NCBI RefSeq assembly: GCF_023055435.1
Contig: NW_025964334.1
Span: forward strand, 10,602,001-10,666,000
Length of the DNA: 64,000 bases
Direction of reading: 5' to 3'
Origin: Haliotis rufescens
Taxonomy: Eukaryota
In this document: one piece after another, positions 1 through 10,866 of the stretch
Layout: every line of letters starts with the position of its first letter
Numbering within the stretch: position 1 is the first letter of the stretch
Notes under the pieces: generated by a model
Database searches by the model: none
Told to the model about the DNA's origin: nothing
The model's input: only the letters and a program-made list of their open reading frames with translations
Position numbers and translations under genes: made by a program

Positions 1-24
1 ACATCCAGCAGTGTTAGTAGTGAC

Positions 25-275
25 GTTCCCGCGGGGATATAGGGTGACATTTGGTTTCCCGCTTGTCGTACGAGGTAACTTAAGGGACTATCCTTGTCGT
101 CAGAGACGGGTAACGGGATCGGGTAGTCTGAGTCGGTGACTTAGTTAATTGTGCGAAGTCCAACCAAGCGTGACTGGTTGGTCATAATATGAATCACTGG
201 TTTGTCTCAATTGTCTCAATTATTTACAGGACCATTTATTGCTTGGCGCGGCGTTAAACAGCAAACCATCAAGCA
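25..275 (+). mobile_element. Degenerate SINE copy, family 3 (GCTTGTCGTAAGAGGCGAC core)
   Basis: GCTTGTCGTACGAGG...TAACGGGATCGGGTAGTC...GCGGCGTTAAACAGCAAACC aligns by eye with 16489-16716 and, reversed, with 6443-6570. Boundaries are approximate. Confidence 0.6.
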
Positions 276-815
276 GACTGCCATCTAGAGTGTCTGACAT
301 TTACCTGGTCTTGCGTTGTAAGTTATTCTGTGTAGAAACACAAACGAAAAAACACACTAAAACCAAACTGCAATGGAATGTTGTGATCAGCAATGCATGT
401 ATGCATTCATGAACATAACAGGATGAATGGCGGCTGACATATCAATGCTTTCCCTAAGAAAAGGATCTTTGTACTGGGGTTTTCAGTAAGGCTGCTGTTT
501 TTACATCTGATGTATTCATTTCATAAAACGTATTTGTACATGCTTTATTCAACATGATGTCTTCCCTATTTCTAAGTTGTGGCACAAAGAAATATTTATT
601 CAACGGGATTCCAAGACTGACAATCCCACAGTGTTATCAATATAGTTGCTATTTAATAATAATATATTGTAGCACACGGTTGGTTGCACTAAATGCTCCT
701 CCAGAAAATATTAATAACGTCTGTTTGTGTAAATTATAAACCCGGTCAAGTTAAAAAAGGAGTGGTCGTGGGGCAGGGTACGCTTATCTTGTCGCTAACA
801 CCAAGCATCATAAGT

Positions 816-1079
816 GAGTGAGTGCCTCTTTTAACATTATTCCAGTTATATCACGGCGTGTCAGCTTAATGTGGGAGGAAAGCCCGAAGTGATGCAGGCC
901 TCAGACGTTAACCACTTCGGTGAAACCCTCGAGCACGGGTATGGTGCTGACAAACCTAGAAACATAATCGGGGCGAACCGGGATTCGAACCCACTATCAA
1001 AGGTTTCTAGCGTGCCCAAGGGACGCGACTCTGCACAGCGAATCGCGGCGCCTTAGACGACTGGGCCACCCGTGCCCCC
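816..1079 (-). mobile_element. tRNA-Leu-like-derived SINE, family 2, full length
   Basis: Minus strand reads GGGGGCACGGGTGGCCCAGTCGTCTAAGGCGCC (A box)...GTGGGTTCGAATCCC (B box). The tail CCGTGATATAACTGGAATAATGTTAAAAG is followed by (ACTC)n. There is a degraded TSD: AGCATCATAAGT (804-815) / AGCGTCATCAGT (1080-1091). Confidence 0.75.
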
Positions 1080-1260
1080 AGCGTCATCAGTACTTCATAG
1101 TGATTCAGAAACGCAAGCTTATGGTATAGTCGGGATAAGAATAAGCTCTTCATTTAGTGGAGATTTCTAACAGTTATGGCATGATCACATAGCTTTTTTA
1201 CATCAGAACTTCCTTCAGGCAAATTAAACAATGACATTAAAGGTGTTTTCATTATTCAAT

Positions 1261-1386
1261 AGGGTGGTCGGGTAGCCTTGTGGTTAATGCGTTCACTCGT
1301 CACGCTGAAGATCCGGGTTCGATTCCCGACATGGAATATTGCTGGAATATTGCTAAAGGCGGCGTAAAATAAAACTCACTCACTCA
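1261..1386 (+). mobile_element. tRNA-Asp-like-derived SINE, family 1, internally deleted
   Basis: GGGTGGTCGGGTAGCCTTGTGGTTAA (A box)...CGTCACG...GGTTCGATTCCC (B box), joined directly to the tail GCTGGAATATTGCTAAAGGCGGCGTAAA and (ACTC)n. Flanked by a TATTCAA direct repeat. Confidence 0.8.
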
Positions 1387-1966
1387 TATTCAACATGAAA
1401 ACGTTCAAATGAAAATAGGCCACCTACAAACCAAGCAACGTTGCGTGTTTGTCACATATTGCATGACTATTAAAAATCAATAATAAACCTACAATATCAC
1501 TCACTGTGTCTGAGAATATGTGAAAACATTACACATGACTTTTATGAAACGTGAAACCAACTTATCCCTGCTAATTTATTCTTCGCCTGATATAAACATA
1601 CAGATACTCAAACTCACACAACTCCCAGTCTAGTTTGCCGTCTACGTTGGAACATGTATCGAACAACACATGATGTGGTGGAATTCCTTTAGATCTAACC
1701 CATTTAATCTGCTGTCCTATGGCTTCGGTTGGTAGCGTCCTGTATATAACATATACAAGGCGATGCGTACCAATGAATCGTTAATCTGGATAGTAATAAC
1801 TCATTTATATATGCTTAATTGTAAGGGGAGCGGGCGCGTCATACAAAAGATGTTACAGGTGGTACTGTGTCTCAGTGTGGTATCCATGTTCAACTGCAGC
1901 ATTGTATCTAAGTGCGGTGGCACTAAAAAACCGGCGTACGTCCGGGACTAAAACAAGCAGTCACAT

Positions 1967-2012
1967 ACGCACGCACGCACGCACGCACGCACGCACACAC
2001 GCACGCACGCGC
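1967..2012. repeat. (GCAC)n microsatellite
   Basis: Read directly from the sequence. Confidence 0.9.
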
Positions 2013-2843
2013 GCGGGCGTCGGTACATTAGTACAATTATCTCGAACACAACGTTAAACCCCATTTCATCTTGCACCTGCCAATATATTCATGTTTTACT
2101 TTCATGTGCGTGGCCTCATGCTCACTGGTAAACGCTACAATTACGAGTCGGCTCCTCTATGGGCGAGATGTTACTCTACCGTAGGTGGGGGTATCGTTTG
2201 TTAAGCACAGTGACTCGCTGCCACCATGCAGCCTCGTGGATCAGCACGCAGCCACGTAACACCACACAAAAGTACTTCCTTTTTGTCAGCAGGTCTATCT
2301 CTTAGTAACCTAAGATACCACTCGAAATAATGCAAAAAGCATGCCGATTTCACTTCTCTTTCACCTGTATGGCCCTTACCAAGTTTGAGATTACCATCAC
2401 TCGTACAACAAAAGTAGATACATGCTTTTCGACATGCAGCTTGTATGGGCTATTGCTACTGCGCGAGATATTATTGCGATAATATCCCTTTTTTATCTAT
2501 GTGAAGTCAGAAAAGATATTATGTTCCTAACTGCGTCGTAAGCGTCAACTGACTGTACATTAAACAATGAATGACCGATTTGGCCTGGTTCTTAACAATT
2601 TTTCCCGATTTTAAATGCCTGTTATCAAATAACCAAAAGCCCGACAAGTACTTCAAAGGTAGCCCTGGATTTTATTGCAAGCGCTGGGTGTCAAAGCGAG
2701 GCTTATGCTATTGTACTGTTTATAGCCATAGCATATTTCTGCCCATAAGACCTTGTTTTGTAAAACAATTCAATCGCTGTGTTGTGGTAGTTATAATAGT
2801 GGTGCCCGTGTGTAGTTATGTCACGTGTCACTTTAAGTCTTTC

Positions 2844-3034
2844 AGTGAGTGAGTGAGTGAGTGAGTGAGTGAGTGAGTGAGTATGGTTTTACGCCGCTTT
2901 TAGCAATATTCCAGCAATATCACGGCGGTCGACACCAGAAATGGGCTTCACACATTGTACCCATGTCGGGAATCGAACCCGGGTCTTCGGCGTGACGAGC
3001 GAACGCTTTAACCACAAGGCTACCCGACCGCCCC
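2844..3034 (-). mobile_element. tRNA-Asp-like-derived SINE, family 1, full length with (ACTC)n tail
   Basis: Minus strand: GGGGCGGTCGGGTAGCCTTGTGGTTAAAGCGTTCGCTCGTCACGCCGAAGACCCGGGTTCGATTCCCGACATGGG...GCTGGAATATTGCTAAAAGCGGCGTAAAACCATAC(TCAC)n. AGTCTTT occurs on both flanks. Confidence 0.88.
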
Positions 3035-3889
3035 TCAGTCTTTGTGGCTCGATTGTTTCCCTGAATGGCTGGAATGTTCACACACCCGAACATATTTGGC
3101 ATACGCACGTAAGATAATACGTACATGGTAACATTTTCCGTTTGGAGAGTGCCTTTAGACCTACTTGCATTCTTATCGGGAGAGATCTCCTGTTTTTCAC
3201 GGATGTTGTAAGAACATACCGGCAGATAGAAACGTTCATCCTTATCAAATTTTCCCATCTGACAAATATGTCGCCTGCAAAATGAATTCTGTGATGTGTA
3301 TGGGACAAGGGACATTGGTCGCATTTTTGGAATATGCAAATCGAAGTTTCAATCTCATTAAAATCTGATGTTTGAAACCTCTCTGTGGGAAGATCTTAGG
3401 ATGCTTCCACAGGGGTCTCTTCCGGAGAACCCTGAGCGAAGCTCCCGATTTAAATGGAGCATGTTTGAGTTATTCAGCCAATCAGATGTCAGCCTTCTCA
3501 AACCATTCGGCTTAATCTCGTTACCATCTGGATTGGGATATTTCGATCTTAACAAAACAAAATTGCCCTTCATAGTACACCCTTTAAGGTTGATTAGTCG
3601 TGACGCTCACAAACGTTCTAAAACAATTAGATAATATCACGTATTTACTGTTTGCATTCGTCTTTCCCCAATTACATTCATTTTACGAGATTCAGAAAAC
3701 AGTGCTCGTCTCAGTGCTCCGTTCAATCGTACGGGGAATTTGGAATCCTGGACGTTGAATGGCTACTTGAAAGTTCATCTGACGCGACTGATGCAAGTCT
3801 CTTTGTATTTGGGTCATTTGTTGCGCATGAGTGTTGAGTGGGAGGCGGATGGAGTGGCAACTGGAGTAGGGACCTATTTCGCCTGCAAA

Positions 3890-3990
3890 GCGCCATCTGG
3901 TGGCGGATCAATTTTGCACGTACTCCCGCTTGACACTCACTGCGCAGGCGCACAATCTTAAACTGTGACCTTGACGCGCGCACGTGATAT
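3890..3990. promoter_or_regulatory. Cluster of CTCF-like, NRF1-like and E-box motifs
   Basis: CCACCAGATGGCGC on the minus strand (3890-3903) fits the CTCF consensus. TGCGCAGGCGCA (3941-3952) is NRF1-like and CACGTG lies at 3981-3986. These are motif matches only. Confidence 0.4.
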
Positions 3991-4491
3991 AGATAACCAG
4001 CTAGAAAACGGACGGATATGCAATTTTTGGCGGAAGATCGATGGTTATGAAGGAAATAAACAGAAGGAATCGGAAGGCCTTGACAATAAGATACGCAAAT
4101 GCACTGTCAGATAAATTGATACAGATTCGGAAAAAGACGGCATCATGTCACATATACGGACAATATTTTGGTCGTGTGTATTTCGGTCTGTTCAAAATAT
4201 CCTTCTGTTAACTCAGGGCACCCGTTGGATGAGATCTTAATGTGATTGTTAACTTCAAATCGCCTGACATGCTGCTTGGGGAGCTGAAAATCGAATGCAC
4301 ACTGATCCACTGATCCCGAGTAATACTGTTGATGAATCTAATCATGGTAAAAACGCATTTGAGTGGTAATAAGTTGGAAAATGCTTTTTACAAATCCATT
4401 ATTTATTAAATTAATTTAATGTGTGAGGAGCCACCAACACCGACAGTGTACACACGATGACACATTATCCAAACCACAGCTTTACAGACCA

Positions 4492-4645
4492 GGGGGCGGT
4501 CGGGTAGCCTTGTAGTTAAAGCGTTTGCGAAGACCCGGGTTCGATTCCCGACATGGGAACAATGTTTGAAGCCCATTTCTGGTGTCCCCCGCCGTGATAT
4601 TGCGGGAATATTGCTAAACGCGGCGTCAAACCATACTCTCACTCA
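4492..4645 (+). mobile_element. tRNA-Asp-like-derived SINE, family 1, with 12 bp TSD
   Basis: A and B boxes and the shared tail are present. Perfect TSD CTTTACAGACCA at 4480-4491 and 4646-4657. Confidence 0.9.
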
Positions 4646-4916
4646 CTTTACAGACCAATGTGCATTCAAATGCACTTTTATCTTCCTCGGGAATACATGT
4701 TGGCTGATTCTGATAATACTATTTCAATATACGTTTTCGAATCAACTTTAAAACACACATTTTCACAACTTATTTTCCAAAACATCCAGTATGTTGTCCA
4801 GAGAACAATGTATTTTTACTAAAACCTGAGTAAAAAAATATTTTCCCTGTGTTTTTCTGGAACAAAATATTAATTTATAAGGTTTTCGAGATCGAGCGTA
4901 AGGTTAGTCCCTTTCG

Positions 4917-5205
4917 GTACCAATCAATTAACAGATAAAGATTACATTTGGCCTATTGATACGATACCAAACCATTAACAGATAAAGCTAAAAGTTGAAA
5001 TGTTGATTTAATGCCAAACCATTAGCGGAAAGAGCTTGCATTGGCCTATTGTTATAATACCAAACCATAAGCCTGTTGATAAAATACCAAACCATATAAC
5101 AGATTAAGCTTGAAAGCAAATACCATACCATGAACAGATAAATCTTGCTGTACCAAACCATAAACAGATGAATCTTACGATGCTAAACAATTAACTGATA
5201 AAGGT
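4917..5205. repeat. Degenerate tandem repeat, core TACCAAACCATTAACAGATAAAG
   Basis: About 8 imperfect copies with variable spacing. Confidence 0.65.
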
Positions 5206-5384
5206 TGACGTTAGTCTCTTGATTTGTGAAGTTTGCATTTGTCTTGCCACATAAGGGCTGATAACCCCTTCCTTTTTCAATGCAGTAATTTATATATATC
5301 ATCTGCAGTTATCCCAAAGTTACTCTCTTTACAAAATTTCATTTGGCTTAGAAAGCTGTATCAAGGTAGTAAATGTTTCAAAAT

Positions 5385-5845
5385 TCAGAGCTGCTCTTGC
5401 TCAGTTGAGATGCTCCTCCCATCGGCTGAAAATGGAGACCGGTCGATATATTAAGGAAATAAGAGAACAGAGACTGTGTTTGTTGTGTAACCAGAATTTT
5501 ATTGAGGACGAATATCATTTTGTGCTTGTATGCAATGCTTATAATAATTTAAGAGCTGAATACATTCCTCCTAAATATTTTACAACCCCTTCTAAAAATA
5601 AATTTAATGCTCTTATGTCATCCACTAACTCTAAAATCATACGAAATCTAGCAGTCTACGTCTACAAAGCTTTTCGACTTTGTTCATTACATACAGTCTA
5701 AATATTTATTTGTGTATATGCATGTGTATGAATGTGTATGGATATGGCTGTATATGTAAACTAGTGGTAATTCTTTTTTCTCCCTCTCTCTGTAAATACT
5801 TCTGTGTAATAGGCCTACGGCCTAACACATTTTGTGAATAAACAA
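5385..5845 (+). mobile_element. 3' end of a non-LTR retrotransposon ORF2 (CR1/L2-like group), 5'-truncated
   Basis: ORF 5405-5701 carries SSHRLKMETGRY...RLCLLC...IEDEYHFVLVC..Y..LR, a typical C-terminal Cys/His motif of these LINEs. It is followed by a UTR ending AATAAAC near 5837. Confidence 0.8.
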
Positions 5846-6442
5846 TATTATCTGCAGTTACTTCAGTGTGAAATATTCTACACGACAATATTTCTTCATA
5901 CTTTATCTCGTGCGGACAACTTGAGGAAAGAATGCATGTTTTTAGGTTGGAGGATTCAGACAGTTATACACATGGATAAGGGGATTCCCCATGATTTCCC
6001 CCTCGTCTTCTTGACACAACTAATTTCCGAGAATCAACGCATGAGTGATCTTCTGCGAAGTTTCAAACTTCCCCAGGATAGAACGAGCCTTTGTGTCAAG
6101 CAGTGTCAAACAAGGTCAAGGTCATATGATGACAACTTAGACAGACAGTCGGTGTCCTGTTCACAATTGTTTTGTTTCTCAAATGACACTTCCTTGCGTT
6201 ACAGGCCGTTGATCACAGCATATTATTTCTTTAGTACGGAATTGTAATAATGCCTTATTTATGCGATCAAAGGAGTAATATCTGTTTAAACAGGACAGAC
6301 GATTAGTCTCGATCAATGAGAGTATTAGGGAAATAAACACTGCTTGAGCGTGGATAAACGTAAATGCAAAATACAAGATAGCATTTAATAAATAAAACTA
6401 AGATCAAATAAATTCAAGAACCCGAAGAGATCAAGTGTTCAC

Positions 6443-6570
6443 TTTTTTAGTTAAAGCCACACTCAGCAATATTCCAGCTACATTTCAACGACCTGTAAAT
6501 AATCGAGTCTGGACCATACAATTCAGTGGTTGATATAATCAGCATGGTTCTGCATCGTCTGGGTACGATG
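6443..6570 (-). mobile_element. 3' half of SINE family 3
   Basis: Reverse complement of ...GGTCCAGACTCGATTATTTACAG...TAGCTGGAATATTGCTGAGTGTGGC, matching 16630-16716. Confidence 0.65.
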
Positions 6571-6804
6571 TTATGCAGCCACCGGGCCTCTTACGATAAA
6601 CATAGGTTGCTGACATGTTACCCAGAATCCCCAAGAGAACAAGACAGTTACTCTATCATGTGACCAAGTCAGTGAATAACTTTGGAAAGAGTTTGATAGC
6701 AAAAATAGTGTAAACCTATCTAAATGAAGGAATGTATTGGTCAGAATCAAGATTAATTCCATTCTTGTGTTATTTCGTTACTTTGTACACGGAGGTAAAA
6801 TTTC

Positions 6805-9345
6805 CAGAGAAGCGAGTCGTGAAGAGGGAAGTTCTTTGAGAGTATGGAGTTGTGAGGAGGGATGTTCTGGGAGAGTATAGAGTCGTGAAGAGGGATGTTC
6901 TTGGAGAGTATAGACTTGTGAGGAGGGATGGTTCTATGAGAGAAGAGAGTCGTGAGGAGGGATGGTTCTGGGAGAGTAGAGAGTCGTGAGGAGGGATGGT
7001 TCTGTGAGAGTAGAGAGTCGTGAAGGAAGGATGTTCTGGGAGAGTAGAGAGTCGTGAAGGAAGGATGGTCTGAGAGAGTATAGAGTCGTGAGGAGGGATG
7101 GTTCTGGGAGAGTAGAGAGTCGTGGAGGAAGGATGTTCTGTGAGAGTAGAGAGACGTGAAGGAAGGATGTTCTGGGAGAGTAGAGAGTCGTGAAGAGTGA
7201 TGGTTCTGGGAGACTATAGGGATGTGAGGAGAGTTGGTTCTGGGAGATTAGAGAGTCGTGAAGAAAGGATGTTCTGGTAGAGTAGAGAGTCGTGAGGAGG
7301 GATGTTCTTGGAGAGTATAGAGTCGTGAAGAGTGATGAATCGGGGAGAGTAGAGAGTCGTGAAGAGAGATGGTTATGGGAGAGTAGAGAGTCGTGAAGAG
7401 GGATGTTCTGGGAGAGAATAGACTTGTGAGGAGGGATGGCTCTTGGAAAGTAGAGAGTCGTGAAGAAGGATGGTTCTGGTAGAGTATAGAGTTGTGAGGA
7501 GGGGTGGTTCTGGGAGAGTAGAGAGTCGTGAAGGAAGGATGTTCTGGTAGAGTAGAGAGTCGTGAAGAGTGATGATTCGGGGAGAGTAGAGAGCCGTGAA
7601 GAGAAATGGTTCTGGGAGAGTAGAGAGTCGTGAAGAGTGATGGTTCTGGGAGAGTAGAAAGTCGTAAAGAGTGATGGTTCTGGGAGAGTAGAGAGTCGTG
7701 AAGAGGGATGGTTCCGGGAGAGTAGAGAGTCGTGAAGTGGGATGTTCTGGGAGTGTAGAGAGTCGTGAAGAGGGATGTTCTGGGAGAGTAGAGAGTCGTG
7801 AAGAGGGATGTTCTGAGAGAGTAGAGAGCCGTGAAGAGTGATGGTTCTCGGAGAGTAGAGAGTCGTGAAGAGGGATGTTCTGAGAGAGTAGAGAGCCGTG
7901 AAGAGTGATGGTTCTGGGAGAGTAGAGAGTCGTGAGGAGGGATGGCTCTGGGAGAGTAGAGAGTCGTGAGGAGGGATGGTTCTGGGAGAGTAGAGAGTCG
8001 TGAAGGAAGGATGCTCTGATAGAGTAGCGAGACGTGAAGGAAGGATGCTCTGATAGAGTAGAGAGTCGTGAAGGAAGGGTGTTCTGGGAGAGTATAGACT
8101 TGTGAGGAGGGATGGTTCTGGGAGAGTAGAGAGTCGTGAGGAGGGATTGTTCTTGGAGAGTAGAGAGTCGTGAAGGAAGGATGTTCTGGTAGAGTAGAGA
8201 GTCGTGAAGAGTGATGGTTCTGGGAGAGTAGAGAGTCGTGAAGAGTGATGGTTCTGGTAGAGTAGAGAGTCGTGAAGAGTGATGGTTCTGGGAGAGTAGA
8301 GAGTCGTGAAGAGTGGTGGTTCTGGGAGAGTAGAGAGTCGTGAAGGAAGGATGTTCTGGTAGAGTAGAAAGTCGTGAAGAGTGATGGTTCTGGGAGAGTA
8401 GAGAGTCGTGAAGAGTGATGGTTCTGGTAGAGTAGAGAGTCGTGAAGAGTGATGGTTCTGGTAGAGTAGAGAGTCGTGAAGAGTGATGGTTCTGGGAGAG
8501 TAGAGAGTCGTGAAGAGTGGTGGTTCTGGGAGAGTAGAGAGTCGTGAAGGAAGGATGTTCTGGGAGAGTAGAAAGTCGTGAAGAGTGATGGTTCTGGGAG
8601 AGTAGAGAGTCGTGAAGAGTGATGGTTCTGGTAGAGTAGAGAGTCGTGAAGAGTGGTGGTTCTGGGAGAGTAGAGAGTCGTGAAGAGTGATGGTTCTGGG
8701 AGAGTAGAGAGTCGTGAAGAGTGATGGTTCTGGGAGAGTAGAGAGTCGTGAAGAGGGATGGTTCCGGGATAGTAGAGAGTCGTGAAGAGGAATATTCTGG
8801 GAGAGTAGAGAGTCGTGAAGAGGGATGTTCTGAGAGAGTAGAGAGCCGTGAAGAGTGATGATCCTGGGAGAGTAGAGAGTCGTGAAGAGGGATGTTCTGG
8901 GAGAGTAGAGAGTCGTGAAGGAAGGGTGTTCTGGGAGAGTATAGACTTGTGAGGAGGGATGGCTCTTGGAAAGTAGAGAGTCGTGAAGGAAAGATGCTCT
9001 GATTGAGTAGCGAGACGTGAAGTGGGATGGTTCTTGGAGAGTAGCGAGACGTGAAGGAAGGATGTTCTGAGAGAGTAGAGAGTCATGAAGGAAGGATGTT
9101 CTGGTAGAGTAGAGAGTCGTGAAGGAAGGATGTTCTGAGAGAGTAGAGAGTCGTGAAGGAAGGATGTTCTGAGAGAGTAGAGAGTAGTGAAGGAAGGATG
9201 TTCTGGTAGAGTAGAGAGTCGTGAAGGAAGGATGTTCTGAGAGAGTAGAGAGTCGTGAAGGAAGGATGTTCTGAGAGAGTAGAGTCGTGAGGAGGGATTG
9301 TTCAGGGAGAGAAGAGAGTCGTAAAGGAAGGATGTTCTGATCAAA
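6805..9345. repeat. Purine-rich minisatellite, 33-34 bp unit GAGAGTAGAGAGTCGTGAAGAGTGATGGTTCTGG, ~75 copies
   Basis: Read directly. Interspersed variants include GAAGAGTGATGG, GAAGGAAGGATG, GAGGAGGGATGG and GAAGAGGGATG. Confidence 0.95.
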
Positions 9346-10027
9346 CAAGGACTGGTCGGCTATACTGTCAGCATACTGTGCCTGAGTGGGGTATCCATGT
9401 TAAACTGCGGCAATGTGAGACTGATTGCAGCCCTCAAACCGGGATCAATAACGTAGTTTACCCAATGCTCTATCACAATTAGACGTGTGTTTGGCGCGAA
9501 CAACCAGTTGTTTTGTCCGTGTGCGGTGGTGTGTAACAACCAACTGAGAACAGGTCACAATCCGCGCAAAGGGGTCGACATGCTTCCGATCGGATTAAAG
9601 CCATTTAGGATAACACCCCAAATAAATCAAATTACCCAAACATGCACAAACGATTCTAAATTAACTCCCAATTATATTCGCTGATATTGACACAGATAAA
9701 GGCAGTGCGGGAGACCCGCTCAACTTTTATTACCAGATACCGTTTCATGAATTACTGTTCACACGAACGATTTTTAATTTCATTGTCATACCTGTAATTT
9801 TATTTGTTTTAGTTTTTTTTCTGTTTAGAAAATTAAAAAAGGTACATATCCTTTTCGAAATTTACGACAATTCGAATTCCGGACCTGTTCCGAATAGGTC
9901 TCCAGTGCTTCATATTTATGGTGAGGGCCAACTAAAATGATGATGGAATGCTCAAGTTTTGCCAGTTGCAGAGTAGATCATTTACAGGTCGCCTTGTATA
10001 GCTAGACTATTGCTGACTTTGGCGTTA

Positions 10028-10028
<1 letters not shown>

Positions 10029-10100
<72 letters not shown>

Positions 10101-10110
10101 ATGATAATAA
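10029..10110. repeat. (AAT)n(GAT)n compound microsatellite
   Basis: Read directly from the sequence. Confidence 0.92.
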
Positions 10111-10615
10111 TACCATATGCTGTGCCCGTCCTTTCGTATTCTTCTGGTGTTGTTGATTGGACGAAACAGGAAATTCAGGGTATTGACACCCTCACACGAA
10201 GAATCATGTCAGACAATAGATCCCACCACCCTCACTCTTCCCTCAATCGGTTATATTTACCAATTATGATGGGAGGGCGTGGTTTGATTAATGTGGAGGC
10301 TCTTCATGATAGAATTGTTTTGTGCACTTTTGCACACATTAATTTTCTAATGATCCTCTCGTGAAGCATGTCAAGACTCATAATGAAAACAAGGCATTCC
10401 ACAGTTTTCGTAAACGAGCCAAGGTACGGTACAGCAATGAGTGTTCATGTGAAGTGCCATATCAAATCGGCGCAGACTCAGTTTTCAAGGAGAGGCTTTC
10501 TGAACATCGAGTTTATGTGCAGTGTGTTGAGAAGATCAGCAACCCTAAAGAGTCCTTCGCTTGGATGAGGTCGGCTGGCCTGAAAAGTGAAACAGAAGGC
10601 TTTCCGTTTGCTACT
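10111..10615 (+). mobile_element. R4/Dong-clade non-LTR retrotransposon fragment (post-RT region), frameshifted
   Basis: YAVPVLSYSSGVVDWTKQEIQGIDTLTRRIM...HHPHSSLNRLYLPIMMGGRGLINVE, then in another frame W...LKSETEGF..A. I recognise these motifs from R4/Dong elements. Confidence 0.75.
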
Positions 10616-10866
10616 CGAATGATGAGCCCTGAGCTGATGATGAGCCAAACCAGCCAGACTGTGCCAGGATCACCCAAACCCTTTTTGCTGCATTTTTTNN
10701 NNNNNNNNNNNNNNNNNNNNNNNNNNNNNNNNNNNNNNNNNNNNNNNNNNNNNNNNNNNNNNNNNNNNNNNNNNNNNNNNNNNNNNNNNNNNNNNNNNNN
10801 NNNNNNNNNNNNNNNNNNNNNNNNNNNNNNNNNNNNNNNNNNNNNNNNNNNNNNNNNNNNNNNNNN

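Noticed and set aside
1863-1905. Short sequence shared with 9374-9416 (TACTGTG...GGTATCCATGTT.AACTGC)
   Set aside because: Probably a fragment of another dispersed repeat, but too short to classify.
2950-3034. Functional tRNA genes at the SINE heads
   Set aside because: The A/B boxes are fused to SINE bodies with tandem tails and TSDs, and the acceptor stems do not pair properly.
6805-9345. CRISPR-like array
   Set aside because: The context is eukaryotic and the units are contiguous with no unique spacers.
6934-9348. 804 aa and 698 aa ORFs
   Set aside because: They are translations of a 33-34 bp minisatellite whose pyrimidine-rich strand rarely forms stop codons. The same peptide blocks cycle through the frames.
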